This document shows positions 11,780 through 23,737 of a stretch of 64,000 bases of DNA, piece after piece (positions within the stretch are counted from its first letter, which is position 1; each line of letters opens with the position of its first letter). The notes beneath the pieces were generated by a model. It had not been told where the DNA came from. It was given only the letters and a program-made list of their open reading frames with translations, and ran no database searches. The DNA is taken from contig CAVSZJ010000008.1 in the NCBI GenBank assembly GCA_963732445.1, positions 192,746-256,745 on the forward strand, read 5' to 3'. The stretch is from Vicinamibacterales bacterium (GTDB taxonomy: Bacteria; Acidobacteriota; Vicinamibacteria; Vicinamibacterales; JAMQPK01). Both the position numbers and the translations under genes were made by a program.

Positions 11780-12089
11780 AGGTGAAAGACTTCGGGCAGC
11801 GGACAGCGAAATGGGTTCGCCGTCCGGCGTTCGATGGCATCACGTCGCGCATGTATTGCCACCAGCGCCGGCACACATCGGTCGCGGCAATCGCGTCCCA
11901 TTGCTCTTCGCTTTCGATCTCGGCGTAGGCGAACAGGTCGCCGGTCTGCGCGATCGAGAAAGATCGAATAGTTGCTCACGCCGTGCGCCACCAGCGTGTC
12001 GGCCAGCTCCGCCAGATCGGGTTGTGGCGGCGTGCGTACTCGTCTTCGTATCCTTTGTGCACCGACATGCGGAAGGCCTTTCGAATCAT
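11776..12089 (-). CDS. rhaM: L-rhamnose mutarotase, frame-disrupted
   Basis: [52 protein letters not shown]-terminus PLPEVFHL. Confidence 0.8.
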
Positions 12090-12160
12090 CAGAGATCCCC
12101 CGCGCTCGTTTCGCTGGCTAAAACGCTCTTGTACATAAGGCGCTATATCATACGGTCGGA

Positions 12161-13645
12161 GTGACCCCGAAGACGTACCTCGCGTTCGATCTGGGAGCCG
12201 AGAGCGGGCGTGCCGTTCTGGCGCGGCTCGAAGGCGGGGTCTGTCCGCATCGACGAGATCCATCGGTTCGCGAATACTCCCGTGACCGACGCCGGGACGC
12301 TACGCTGGGACGTCCACACGCTGTGGCACGAGATGCGCCACGCGTTGTCTGCCGCGGGCGATACGCCGTTATCCGGTGTGGCCGTCGATACCTGGGGTGT
12401 CGACTACGCCCTACTCGACGCGCACGGGCGACTGCTCGAGACTCCGTATCATTATCGCGACCCGCGAAACGTCATCGCGATGACCGAAGCTCTGCGCATC
12501 GTGCCCCGCGAGGACATCTACACGACGACCGGCGTGCAGTTGCTGCCGATCAACACGATTTACCAGCTCTTCGCAGCGCGCCGGCCAGACGCCGTCTCCA
12601 CTCGACGCCGCGCACCGCTTTGTCATGATTCCGGATCTCTTCAACTTCTGGCTGACCGGCGAGGTCGTCTGCGAATACACCGACGCCTCGACGACGCAGC
12701 TCATCAATCCGCGCACGAGGACGTGGGCGGCCGATTTGATGGAGCGCTTGAATCTGCCGGCGCGGCTTGCCGCACCGATTGTCGAGGCAGGATCGATCAT
12801 CGGCCCGATTCGCGCCGACGTGGCCGCCGGCAGCAGCGCACAAGAGGCCACACCCGTCATCGCGTCGGCATCGCACGATACGGCTTCAGCGGTCGCGGCG
12901 ATCACCGCGCGCGACGGCACCGCGTTCATCAGCTCCGGCACCTGGTCGCTCGTCGGCACCGAGCTCGACGCGCCGGTGCTCACGCCGCGCGCCATGCAGC
13001 TTGAATTTCTCGAACGAGGGGGGCGTCGAAGGCACCACGCGACTGTTGAAGAACGTGATGGGCCTGTGGCTGCTGCAGGGATGCCGGCGATCGTGGGCGG
13101 CGCGCAACCGCCCAGTTCACGTATGGCGAGCTGATGGATGCGGCCGCGCGAGAGCCGGGATTCCGCCACCTCATCGATCCCGACGATTCGTCGTTTGCGA
13201 ATCCTGACGACATGCCGGAGGCGATCGACCGCTTCTGTCTCAAGACGGATCAGCCCGCGCCGTCGACACCCGGCAGCTATGCGCGCGACGGTCTTCGACA
13301 GCCTGGCGCTGAAATATCGCCTCGTCATTCGCGACCTCGAGTCGGTCATCGAGCGCCCCATCGCGCGCATTCGCGTCATCGGCGGAGGCTCGCAGAACGC
13401 GCTCCTCAACCAGTTGACCGCCGACGCGACAGGAATACCGGTCGTCGCCGGGCCGGTAGAGGCGACCGCGCTCGGAAACGTCGCCGTGCAGATGCTCGCG
13501 ACAGGCGCGGCTGTCTCGCTCGCCGAGGCGCGCGCCATCATCGATCGGTCGTTTCCGACGACCGTGTTCACGCCGCGCGACGTCGGACGCATGGAACCGC
13601 GAAGCCACGCGCTTTCAACAGTATTGCGGACTCCTCTATGCCTGA
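12161..13645 (+). CDS. rhaB: rhamnulokinase (FGGY family), split over 7 frame pieces
   Basis: [114 protein letters not shown]. Confidence 0.8.
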
Positions 13646-15878
13646 CACGACAGCCCTGAAACATCTGAAAGATCTCTGGGACGAGCGCGAGGCCGAACGG
13701 CTCGCCGCACAACCGTTGTCCCTGCTTCGGTATCGTTCGAATCTGCTCGGTGCGGACTTGCGCATCACGAACTTCGGCGGCGGCAATACGAGCTCGAAGA
13801 TCGATGTGCCCGATCCGTTTACGGGCGCGCCGGTCCGCGTGCTTGCGGTGAAAGGCAGCGGCGGCGATCTCGGCTCGATTACCGATGCGGGGTTCGCGCT
13901 GCTCTATCTCGACAAGCTGGAACAGCTGAAGGCGCGCTACCGCGGCGAAGCGTTCGAAGACGAGATGGTGGAGTACTACCCGCCCGCCGCATTCGGGCAG
14001 AACCGTGTTGCCGCGTCGATCGATACGCCGCTGCACGCATTTCTTCCCGCGCCGCACGTCGATCATCTGCATCCCGGACTGGGCGATCGCGCTGGCCGCA
14101 TCAGCCAACGGCAGGCAGAAGCTCGAGGAATTCAATCGCCGGTTCGGCCGGCGGATCATCTGGGTGCCATGGCAGCGGCCCGGCTTCGAGCTCGCGCTGC
14201 TCATCGAATCGGCGGTCAGGGACAACCAGGGTGCGGAGGGATTGATCCTCGGCAGCCACGGGCTCTTCACGTGGGGCAGCCACGCAGCGCGAGTGCTACC
14301 TGAACAGCATCCGCACCATCGATCAGATGGGCGCGTTCATCGACGAGCATCGCGCAAGCACGCCGCGACAGGCCGCGGCGCGGTGCATTCGGCGGGCCCG
14401 CGCACAAACCGCTCGACGCGCGGCGCGACATCGCCGCGCAGATTCTGCCGTCGCTGCGCGGTACCGTTTCGTCGAACCGGCGGGTCATCGCGCATTTCAC
14501 CGACAGCCGACGAGGTATTGACCTTCGCCGGCTCGCGCTGGGCCGGCGCGCTGAGCCGGCTCGGTACGAGCTGTCCCGATCACTTTCTTCGCACGCGCAT
14601 CTGCCCGTTCTTCGTCGACTGGGATCCGGCAGGGGGAACAATCGAGACGCTGAAGGCGGCTATTCGCACGCAGGTCGGCGATTACCGCAGCGAGTACACG
14701 CGTTACTACGAGTCGTTCGCAACGCGCGGACTCGCCGAAGCTGCGCGACACGAACCCGTCGGTGGTCATCATTCCAGGTGTCGGGCTGTTCGGATTCGGC
14801 AGAAACAAGAAGGAAGCGCGGATCGCCACCGAGTTCTTCCTGAACGCGATCAATGTCATGGCGGGCGCGACGGCGCTGGAATCTCACGATCCTCCGGCCG
14901 GACCGCTGCCGCAGGCCCGGCGAGCCGAGCAGGCGACGCAGTTCGAACAGTTCCACAACTACGTCGCGCTGCCGCGCTCCGAGGCGTTTCGCATCGAGTA
15001 CTGGGCGCTCGAAGAAGCGAAGCTGCAGCGGATGCCGGCGGAGGCGGAATTCAGCCGCAAGATTGTGATGGTGGTTGGCGGCGGCAGCGGCATCGGACGC
15101 GAGGTGGCACTGCTCCTCGCGCGCAAAGGCGCGCACGTCGTCGTCGCCGACGCCGGCGCCGACAGCGCGGCGCGCGTGGCGGAAGAGGCCGCGGCGATCT
15201 CGTCGGCCGAATTCGTGGCGGCGACACCGGTCGACTTGAGCTCCGCGGAGAGCCTCTCCAGCGCCGCCGCGTTCACCGTCCTTCAGTTCGGCGGCATCGA
15301 CGGCATCGTCAACACCGCGGCGATTTATCCGGTCGCGGATGCATCTGGCCGTCTGACCGATGCGCAGTGGTCGAAGACCTTCCTGGTGAACGTGACCGGC
15401 AATTACCTGCTCGCCCAGCAGACCGAGTGGATTTTCAAGGACCAGCAGCTGCCGGCCGCGCTGGTGCTGACGGGGTCGGCCAACGCCGTCGTGTCGAAGA
15501 AAGGCAGCGAGGCGTACGACACGAGCAAGAGCGCGGTGAATCACCTCATCCGCGAGCTGGCCATCGGCCTTGCGCCGCTCGTTCGGGTGAATGGCATCGC
15601 GCCTGCCACAGTCGTCTCCGGCTCGACGATGTTTCCGCGCGACCGGGTGATGCAGTCGTTGCAGAAGTACAACATCGCGTTCGCAGAAACGGAATCAACC
15701 GAGGACCTGCGCGGCGAAGCTCGCGGACTTCTATGCGCAGCGCACGCTCACGCGCCGTCCGATTCTTCCGCGCGACTGCGCGAACGCGATCGTGTGGCTG
15801 CTGAGCGACGACAGCGCCAAAACCACCGGTCACATCATTCCTGTTGACGGCGGATTGACCGAAGCCTTTCTCCGCTAG
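13638..15878 (+). CDS. bifunctional rhamnulose-1-phosphate aldolase / short-chain dehydrogenase (RhaEW-type fusion), frame-disrupted
   Basis: LLRYRSNLLGADLRITNFGGGNTSSK, VKGSGGDLGSI, DTPLHAFLPAPHVDHLHP (aldolase half); VVGGGSGIGREVA, NTAAIYP, YDTSKSAVNHL, VNGIAPATV (SDR half). Confidence 0.85.
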
Positions 15879-15912
15879 GGGTCAGACCCTGACCCCTCGT
15901 ATCCTTGAAGAT

Positions 15913-16650
15913 ATGCATCTCCGATGGGCGGCCCTGCTCGCCGCGATCACGATTGGATTGTTCACGCCGCTCACCGCCCAGGATCCCCCGCCAATCTGGG
16001 CGGGTGTCTATACCGCCGAACAAGCCGAGCGCGGCCGCACTGTCGTCGAGAATCACTGCAGTGAATGTCACCACGACAGACCTCAGCGGAGGCGAAGGAC
16101 CCGCGCTGATCGGTCCGTCGTTCATGGTGAAATGGGAAATGCAGTCGGTCGAACGGCTGTTCCACAAAATCCGCGACACGATGCCCGAAGTCGGGAAGCA
16201 CCGATGTGACGGACAGCGCAGAAGCTCGACATCGGTGGCCTTCATCCTTCAGCAGAACGGGTATCCCGGCCGGCACTGCCGAGTTGACCGACATGAAGGG
16301 CGCGCTCGCGGCGATTCGAATGATGCCTCGAGCGGGCCAGACTGTGCCACGCTCCGGCGCGCTGGTTCAAGCTGTCGGTTGTCTGCAGAAAGGCTCCGGC
16401 AGCCAGTGGACGCTCACCCAGAGCACGGATCCTCAGGTGACGACGCGTGATCCGCTGTCGCCCGCCGACAAGGAAGCGCTCTCTGCCGCGGCTCCTGGCA
16501 CGCAGACGATCGAGCTGCTGAGCGTCTACCCCTCGGCCGAACTTGCGCAGGGACACAGTGCTGGTCAAAGGGCTGTTCGTCAACAGACCGGCAGGCATCC
16601 GCATCAACGTGACGTCAGTGGAGCTCGTGCATCTCAAGTGCGGCAAGTAG
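15913..16650 (+). CDS. c-type cytochrome domain protein with signal peptide, frame-disrupted
   Basis: MHLRWAALLAAITIGLFTPLTAQ signal; CSECHH haem-binding motif; remaining 180 aa not recognised. Confidence 0.55.
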
Positions 16651-18132
16651 CCCCATCGCGCCGCCGCGATCGTCGAAGCCGCTGATCGCTGGACGATCGA
16701 GATACTGCCGCAGCGTCGCCTGCGATCCCGTGCTGGTGCAGATGTCGACGATGGCGCCGTTCCTCGGTGATGTGCGCCGCAAGCGCACGCCACGCGCGAT
16801 CGACCGACAGGCCGATAGGTTTCGCATCGAGCCAGCCCAGGCGAATACCTCGCGCCATCGCCGTCAGCGTCATCGCCGTCACGGACTGCTCTCGATACGC
16901 GCCCAGGCTCGTCGACAACCTGCCGCCACATGCCGTCCGGCGCCTGCATCGCGACCATGCCGTTCATGTGACGCCGATAGATCTCCAGCAGCGCGTGCGC
17001 GAGACGGGTGCGTCGCCGGAAGCGACGTGAGCGCCTCGGTCAGGCCGAGCGCCGCAAATCCGTTTCCGCGCCCCCACGCGATCCGTCCGTCGGTGAAATG
17101 CACGAACACGCCGTCCTCGCGCTGCAGTCGGCCCGCGTACGAGATGAGCATGCCGGCCAGATGATCGAGATCGCGCTCCCGGCCGGGCATCGTGCCCGAT
17201 CGCGACAGAATCGCCGCCAGCATGAACATGTCGTCGGTCCAGCCTGCGCCATGCTGCGCGTAACCCGGTCGGCGCCACCTTCAACGCTTCTTCGGCGCCC
17301 TGCAGCCGCAAGCGGCGCGGGCCGACTCGTCGCCGCGCTTCGCGAGGTCGGCGTAGATGAGCGTGCCCGCGACAGCGGTCAGCGCCACGCGCTCGCCAAA
17401 CAGCGGCCGCTCGCGCAGAGAGCCACGGGCGCGTCTCGCTCAGCACCTTCTGCCGCAGCGCATCATCTTTGGTGATGTCCGCAAGACGAAGCGTGTTGGC
17501 CCACGCAACCGACGGGATGTAGCTGACAAGCGGGTGTCTGCGGATATCTGGCTGCGAGGACGCGCGCAATCGCCAGCGGATCGCGCGACGACCGCGCCAC
17601 GAGCGTCGAGCGGATCTCCGACATGCCGCGTGCCTGCCGCGTCGTTCAGCGCGTGCTGAAGCAGTGCCGGGCCGTCTGTTTCGCGCGCCGAGCCGTACAC
17701 GGCGGGCACAGTACCGATTTCCGATCCGCCGGCCATCGCCGCCGCCAGCGAGCCCGACAGGCGGCGTGCTCGCGCGACAGCACGTCTCCACCGCGGATCT
17801 GCAGCACAAGATCGGGCGCCTGATAGGCCACCCATCGCCACAGATACCGGCTCTCCGGCTGTTCGGGTGATCGAAGAATCCTTTCGCCGGAGGAAATTCG
17901 AGCTGTTGCGCTGGGGTTGCGTCGTTCGCGTACGAAAGAAGGACAGCGCTGAGGTCCCATCGGTCGCGCACGTTCCGCGGCGCCGCGGTCTTGAACCAGC
18001 GAATCGCCGCGAGCGTGGCGCGCGCGGCCCGGTCGTTGTCGGCGACCATGACGATGCGCCGGCGCGCGCGCGGAGCGACCGAACGGCGACGCGTTCTCGA
18101 GCGTGAGCAAGCCGCTGTCCGGTTCGCGTCAC
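16615..18132 (-). CDS. glycoside hydrolase family 105/88-like (unsaturated rhamnogalacturonyl hydrolase-like) with N-terminal extension, heavily frame-disrupted
   Basis: WTDDMFMLAAILSR, REDGVFVHFTDGRIAWGRGNGFAALGL, MQAPDGMWRQVVDEPG, TAMTLTAMARGIRLGWLD, ICTSTGSQATLRQYLDRP. Confidence 0.6.
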
Positions 18133-18267
18133 ACCCGCCGCACTGATGTGTTGCGGTTCCCTCGAAGCGACGCGACGCTCGAGATCGTCGAGCTGCGGAT
18201 CGTCGGCCTAAGCCTAGTCCCTAATCCGTAGTCCATCGCTCTCATCCCAGCTGCCAGTCGACCGGGC

Positions 18268-19702
18268 TCAACTCGAGCCCCGCCGGCGGACGCCGATCGA
18301 AGACCTCACGCACCGCCACCGCGTACGGCGCGCCGAAGAGATCGTGCTCGCTGATACGTCTGGCGCGAGCGATTGCAGAATCGCGCGGGCGCGGTCCTGA
18401 TACGCCGCATCACCCGTGAGCACGCTGAGCCGATCGAGCACGCACGCGGCATGGCAGTTGAGCTCGAACGGCACGACCGGATCGTCCGCAGCCACGCGAT
18501 CGCGGAAGCCGCCCGCCGCTTCGTCCCACATCGTGCGGATCGCGAACTGCAGCACCTCGGCGGCCAGCATCGAGTACGGCAGCTGTCCTGTCGCCGCATG
18601 CGCCCAGATCAGCGCCGACGCGACGTGGATTTGATCGGTGAGCAGCCCGCGCACGCCGTGCCGCCGTCCGCGCCGGCCACATGCGCGACACCCTCCCCTG
18701 GCTTGTACGACGGGCACGATGACCGCCTCGAGCGACTTCAACGCAAAGTCGCGGAGCCAGATGTCGTCGAACAGCGCGGCGGCCCTGATGAACGCGCCGA
18801 CCATCATCGCGTTCCTGTCGACGTACATCGTCTTGTCGACTGGCGCGCGACGACGCGGCGTTGAAGAAGCCGCCATGCGCCTCATCGGCCATCGCGTCCC
18901 TCACCCACCGGACGATCGCCGCCGCCTGCTCGAGCCATTCGACATCGCGCAAGCGAAGCGCCGCTTCGACGTACACGTGCAGCAGCGCGGCATTGTCGTC
19001 GAGCGTCTTGCCCGTTCCAGGCTGGCTCCAATCGGCGCCGTCGGCGTAGCGATAAAATCCGCCGGCGGCCGGATCCCACAGCGCCCTCATGTGATGCAGC
19101 GTGTGCGCGGCGATGCGTGCGAGCTCGCTGTCGCCGTCGCCGGCGAGCGACAGCGCGAACGACAGCGCGTGCGGATGTGGAAGCTTCGGAGCCGAGCCGA
19201 AGCCGCCGTTGACCGGGTCGAAGCGCGCGATGAGGAGCGATCGGAAATGACGCGATGGGATCGGCGGAGCGGATAGCGCGTCCGTTCGCCGAGGCGCTGA
19301 CGCTGACGCCGGCACTACGAACGGCGCACTGCACGGGCGTTGATTTCCTCCGCGCGGTCGCGGTACGCGTCGGCGACCTGCCGCAGCGTCGCCATCATGC
19401 TCTCGCGCGTCGAAATATGTTCCGCCGCTCAGCACCTCGCCGCCGCTCGTGAGGAACACGGTCGTCGGCCAACCGCCAAGGTTGTAGCGCTCGTTGAGGT
19501 CGGGCCGGCGATCGGCGTCGACGCGCACGGCCACGAACCGCTCGTCGATCAACGACACGACATCGGGTTCGGCGTACGTCGTCTGGTCCATCGCCGCGCA
19601 CTCGTCCGACCACGCCGTGACGAGCGACAGCAGAACGGGCTTCTTCTCGGCTTCTGCACGCGCAAACGCCCGCGGCGACCATTCAGCCCACATTACGCTC
19701 AC
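18268..19702 (-). CDS. thioredoxin-domain protein of the DUF255/YyaL type, frame-disrupted
   Basis: KKPVLLSLVTAWSDECAAMDQTTYAEPDVVSLIDERFVAVRVDADRRPDLNERY, RFDPVNGGFGSAPKLPHPHAL, GGFYRYADGADWSQPGTGKTLDDNAALL, MYVDRNAMMVGAF. Confidence 0.7.
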
Positions 19703-19724
19703 AGCTTCAAATTATAATGACCGG

Positions 19725-20077
19725 GTGGTCGCGCTGCGGTATGTGTACGTGCTTGCGCTCTCTATCTGGTTCGGCGGCATCATCACGATTGGGGCCATCG
19801 TCTCGCCCGTGTCGGACGTCGGCGCTGCACCGGTTCTTTCTCACGTCGTACGTCGCCGGCTCTCTCGTCTTGACGACCTTGTTCGGAATGGCGCTGCTCG
19901 GCCCGCGCCCGTCGGGGTTCTTCGCCCGGTTCGCGGTGGCCGTCGCCATGTTCAGCGTCACGCTCTACGCCGGGCTCCAGCTTCGAAGCCTGCCCGTCAA
20001 TCTCCTCGCGCCGATCGCGATCGGCGGCCTGGTGCTTCTCTTCTGGGAAGCGCGCGACGGTACCCGGGCGGCGCTGA
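19725..20077 (+). CDS. small multi-pass membrane protein, frame-disrupted; ends uncertain
   Basis: VVALRYVYVLALSIWFGGIITIGAIVSP then FFLTSYVAGSLVLTTLFGMALLG..FAVAVAMFSVTLYAGL..IAIGGLVLLFWEA. Confidence 0.4.
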
Positions 20078-20083
20078 GAGCGA

Positions 20084-21086
20084 ATGACTCACACCATTAC
20101 GCTGATTCCAGGCGACGGCATCGGACCCGAAGTGACGGCCGCCGTTGTTGTCGATCATCGAAGCATCGGGCGTGAAGGTGACCTGGGAGCCGCACGACGC
20201 GGGCGTGGTCGCGCTCGAGAAACACGGTTCGCCGCTGCCCGACGATCTCATCGCCTCGGTCCGCCGCAACAAGGTGGCGCTGAAGGGACCCGTCACGACG
20301 CCGGTCGGCGAAGGCTTTACCAGCGTCAACGTCGGCCTGCGGAAGGCGCTCGACCTGTACGCGAACCTTCGGCCGGTCGCGAATCTCCCGCACGTCCGAT
20401 CGCGCTTCGAGCACGTCGATCTCGTCATCGTGCGCGAGAACACCGAAGACCTGTACGCGGGCCTCGAGCACGAAGTCGTGCCCGGCGTCGTCGAGAGCCT
20501 GAAGATCATCACGGAGCGCGCGTCGACGCGCATCGCGCACTTCGCGTTCGACTACGCGGAGCGCATGGGACGGAAGCGCATCACCGCGATCCACAAGGCG
20601 AACATCATGAAGATGAGCGACGGCCTGTTCATCCGATGCGCCCGCACGGTCGCGGCCACGCATCCGGACATCGCGTACGACGAGCAGATCGTCGACGCGG
20701 CGTGCATGAACCTCGTGATGAAGCCTGAAAAGTTCGACGTGCTGCTCCTTCCGAACCTGTACGGCGACATCGTGTCGGATTTGTGCGCCGGCCTCGTCGG
20801 CGGGCTCGGCACCGTCGGCGCGGCGAACCTCGGCGAGACGGTCGGCGTGTTCGAAGCGGTGCACGGCAGCGCGCCGGACATCGCCGGCAAGAACATCGCG
20901 AATCCCACCGCGCTGCTGCGCTCGGCGCTGCTGATGCTCGATCACATCGGCGAGTCGACGGCCGCACGCCGCATCGAAGCGGCGCTCGTGCGCGTGCTCG
21001 CGACGCCCGAGCGGACGACGCGCGATCTCGGCGGGAAAGCGTCAACCACGGAGTTCGCGCATGCTATAGTGCAGGCACTCGAATGA
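20084..21086 (+). CDS. NAD-type isocitrate dehydrogenase-like (isocitrate/isopropylmalate DH family), one frame break near 20140
   Basis: TITLIPGDGIGPEV, KVALKGPVTTPVGEGFTSVNVGLRKALDLYANLRP, IVRENTEDLYAG, NLYGDIVSDLCAGLVGGLG, EAVHGSAPDIAGKNIANP. Confidence 0.85.
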
Positions 21087-22205
21087 TTCCTGACGATCTC
21101 GCTCAAGCCGTCCTCTCGCGCGAGGACGTCGTGCGATACCTTCAGAGCTCGCACGGCGGCTCGGACGGCCGCGAGCGGGTGTTCGCGTACCTCGAAGAGC
21201 TCAAGACGACGCAGCGGTATCCGTTTTACCGCGCGCTCAAGCATCCGCTCTACCCGATCCTGCGGAAGATCGATCGCCGCGTCGAGCATCTCGACATCGT
21301 CGAGGCGGCGACGCGCGCCGGGCGCGTCATCTACGCGTCGAACCACAAAAGCCACACCGACTATCTCGTCGAGCCGGTCGTCCTCGACGACAACGGCGTG
21401 CGGCCGCCGATCATCGCCGCCGGCATCAATCTCTTCGGCGGTCCGCTCGGCTTGATTCACCGGCACGTGACGGGCGCGATTCCCATCCGCCGCAATGCGA
21501 AGGATCCGGCGTACCTCGTCACGCTGAAGGCGTACGTCGCCGAGGTGCTGCGCCGCCACGATCTGCTGTTCTATCCCGAAGGCGGGCGGAGCTACAGCGG
21601 CGAGCTGAAGTCGCCGAAGACCGGGCTGCTGCACGCGGCGCTGAACTCCGGAACGCCCGGGCTCGATGATCGTGCCGACCGCCATCTCCTACGATCTCGT
21701 GCTCGAGGATCACATTCTGGCGAGACAGCGCGTCAAGCGCAGGCAGCGCCCGTTCGCGCGCGAGCTCGCCGAGATGGTGCGGTACGCCGTCGGCTATCGT
21801 TCGCGCGCATTCGTCACGTTCGGCCGCCCGATACCGCTCGACGGCTGGGAGCCGGAGTCGCGCCGCGACGTGATGGAGCTGGGCAGGCTGACGACCGCGT
21901 CGATCGGCAAGCTCGTCAAGGTGCTGCCGACCTCGGTCATCGCGACGGCCATGCGGCCGTCGGTGACCCGGCGCGATCTCGAAGCGCGCGCCGATGCGAT
22001 CATCGAGACGCTTCGCGCCGTGGGCGCGAATCTCGGCGTCTCCAGCGGCCGCCAGGCGGTCGAAGAGGCCGCCGAGCCTCTCGAGGCGCGCGGCATCATC
22101 GTCTACGATCGCGGCCGGTTCCGCGTCCGCGACCGCAACGTCCTTCGGTACTACGCCCGCTCGATCGAACACCTGCTCACGTCGGGTTCTGCCCGCACGC
22201 ACTGA
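21083..22205 (+). CDS. glycerol-3-phosphate/lysophospholipid acyltransferase family protein, one frame break near 21660
   Basis: ASNHKSHTDY (H-x4-D acyltransferase motif), FYPEGGRSYSGEL. ATGA overlap with the upstream gene. Confidence 0.75.
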
Positions 22206-23200
22206 TGCTGGATGTTGCGTCCAAAGCCTTCTTCCAGACGCTCTCCTACAGCCGAACACTGAAGACGCTCGCGTCCCGATACGGCATGTCGGGAACCCGC
22301 GCGTTCGCCCGGCGCTTCATCGCCGGGGAAACCGTCGACGATGCGATCGCGGCGGTTCGGCACATACAGTCGCAGGGGCTCCTCTGCACGCTCGACTATC
22401 TTGGCGAGAGCGTCACGTCGCTGGCGGCGGCCGACACCGCCACGCGCGAGTATCTGCATCTCATCGACGCCGTCGATCGCGCGGACGTCGAGCGCAACCT
22501 GTCGCTCAAGCTGACGCAGCTCGGCCTCGACGTCGACCGCGCGATCTGCGTCGACAACCTGCGGAAGATTCTGACGGCCGCCGAACCGTGCGGATTCTTC
22601 GTCCGCATCGACATGGAGAGCTCGGCGTATACGGATGCGACGCTCGACATCTTCGAGACCGTATGGAAGCTCGGGCATCGCAACGTGGGTGTCGTGCTGC
22701 AATCGTGCCTGTACCGCACGGAGAAGGATTTCGAGCGCGTGAACGCGCTGGGCGCGCGCATCAGGCTCGTGAAAGGCGCGTACCGCGAGCCGAAGAGCGT
22801 CGCGTATCAACAGAAGTCGGATGTGGATGCGGCCTACGTGCGGCTCGCGAAGCGCCTTCTCACCGAAGGGACGTACCCCGCGATCGCGACGCACGACGAA
22901 GACATTCTGAACGAGGTGAAGCGTTTCGCCGCGGATCGCGCGATCGCGCCGGACGCCTACGAGTTCCAGATGCTCTACGGCATTCGCCGCGATCTCCAGA
23001 ACGGCTTTCGCGACGCCGGCCACCGCGTGCGCGTGTATGTGCCCTTCGGCCGTGAATGGTTTCCCTACTTCATGCGCCGTCTCGGCGAACGGCCGGCCAA
23101 CGTCGCATTCGTCATTCGCAGCCTGTTCGCGGAACGTGTCTCACGCAAGGCTCTAGGCTCTGGAGCTCTTGCGAAAGCCTTGCGCTTGCGCTTGCGGTGA
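22205..23200 (+). CDS. proline dehydrogenase (monofunctional)
   Basis: FIAGETVDDAI, LDYLGESV, LSLKLTQLG, VRIDMESSAYTD, VVLQSCLYRTEKD, IRLVKGAYREP, IATHDEDI, YEFQMLYGIR, VYVPFGREWFPYFMRRLGERPAN. Uninterrupted. Confidence 0.85.
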   Translation: MLDVASKAFFQTLSYSRTLKTLASRYGMSGTRAFARRFIAGETVDDAIAAVRHIQSQGLLCTLDYLGESVTSLAAADTATREYLHLIDAVDRADVERNLSLKLTQLGLDVDRAICVDNLRKILTAAEPCGFFVRIDMESSAYTDATLDIFETVWKLGHRNVGVVLQSCLYRTEKDFERVNALGARIRLVKGAYREPKSVAYQQKSDVDAAYVRLAKRLLTEGTYPAIATHDEDILNEVKRFAADRAIAPDAYEFQMLYGIRRDLQNGFRDAGHRVRVYVPFGREWFPYFMRRLGERPANVAFVIRSLFAERVSRKALGSGALAKALRLRLR

Positions 23201-23208
23201 GACAGGCT

Positions 23209-23718
23209 CTAGCTCTGCGTATCTGCCGTCGGCCCGTAGATATTCGGGATCGGCACGTCGAGCAGGCGCAGATACACGCTCAACTGTCCGCGATGATGCA
23301 CCGCGTGATTCAGGATGAACGACCTGAAGACGGCGACGCGCGGCATGCTGAACATGCTTCTTGCCGCCATTCTTCAGCGTCCACTGCACCATGAACTCGG
23401 CGTCGGTCGTGCGCGCGAGCAGCGCGCGCGCGGCGCTGACGTTGGCATCGTAGGACTGCAGAAGGTCCGGCGCCGACTGGAACGGCGGGCTCGTCGACGC
23501 GCGGACCGTCGGGCGGATTCGTGTCGAACTCGGTGCGCTCGAGCGTAATGGCCGTCCACTGCGGGAGGTTCGCGATGTGCATGGCGAGCTGACCGAGCGA
23601 CATCGACTTGACGTGCGGCTTCCAGCTCGGCCTTGTCTTCAGGCACCCGCTCGAGCAGCGTTCTCGTCGTCGCGGTTTCGTGATCGAATTCCGGCAGGAT
23701 CGATTCGGCAATGGCCAT
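23209..23718 (-). CDS. DinB family protein, frame-disrupted
   Basis: MAIAESILPEFDHETATTRTLLERVPEDKA, SMSLGQLAMHIANLPQW, FILNHAVHHRGQLSVYLRLLDVPIPNIYGPTAD. Confidence 0.6.
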
Positions 23719-23737
23719 GGGGATCGCTGGACTGAAT

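Noticed and set aside
12411-14270. 619-aa minus-strand ORF, plus similar long antisense or out-of-frame ORFs (1678..3891, 5920..7125, 7907..9736, 14005..15804, 42518..43708, 50359..51438, 56628..58031, 57017..58006, 55269..56645)
   Set aside because: These are shadow ORFs typical of high-GC DNA. They have Arg/Ala/Pro-rich composition and no motifs, and they lie opposite or out of frame to genes with strong family signatures.
19713-19718. Perfect TATAAT between the divergent YyaL-like and membrane-protein genes
   Set aside because: The spacer is only about 20 nt long and the hexamer overlaps a candidate ATG. There is no room for a conventional promoter and UTR, so I cannot support it.
20783-23200. 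805-aa ORF suggesting an acyltransferase-proline dehydrogenase fusion
   Set aside because: The acyltransferase leaves this frame at ~21660 and stops at 22205. Proline dehydrogenase starts at ATG 22205 (TGATG overlap). The stretch between them in this frame is non-coding read-through.
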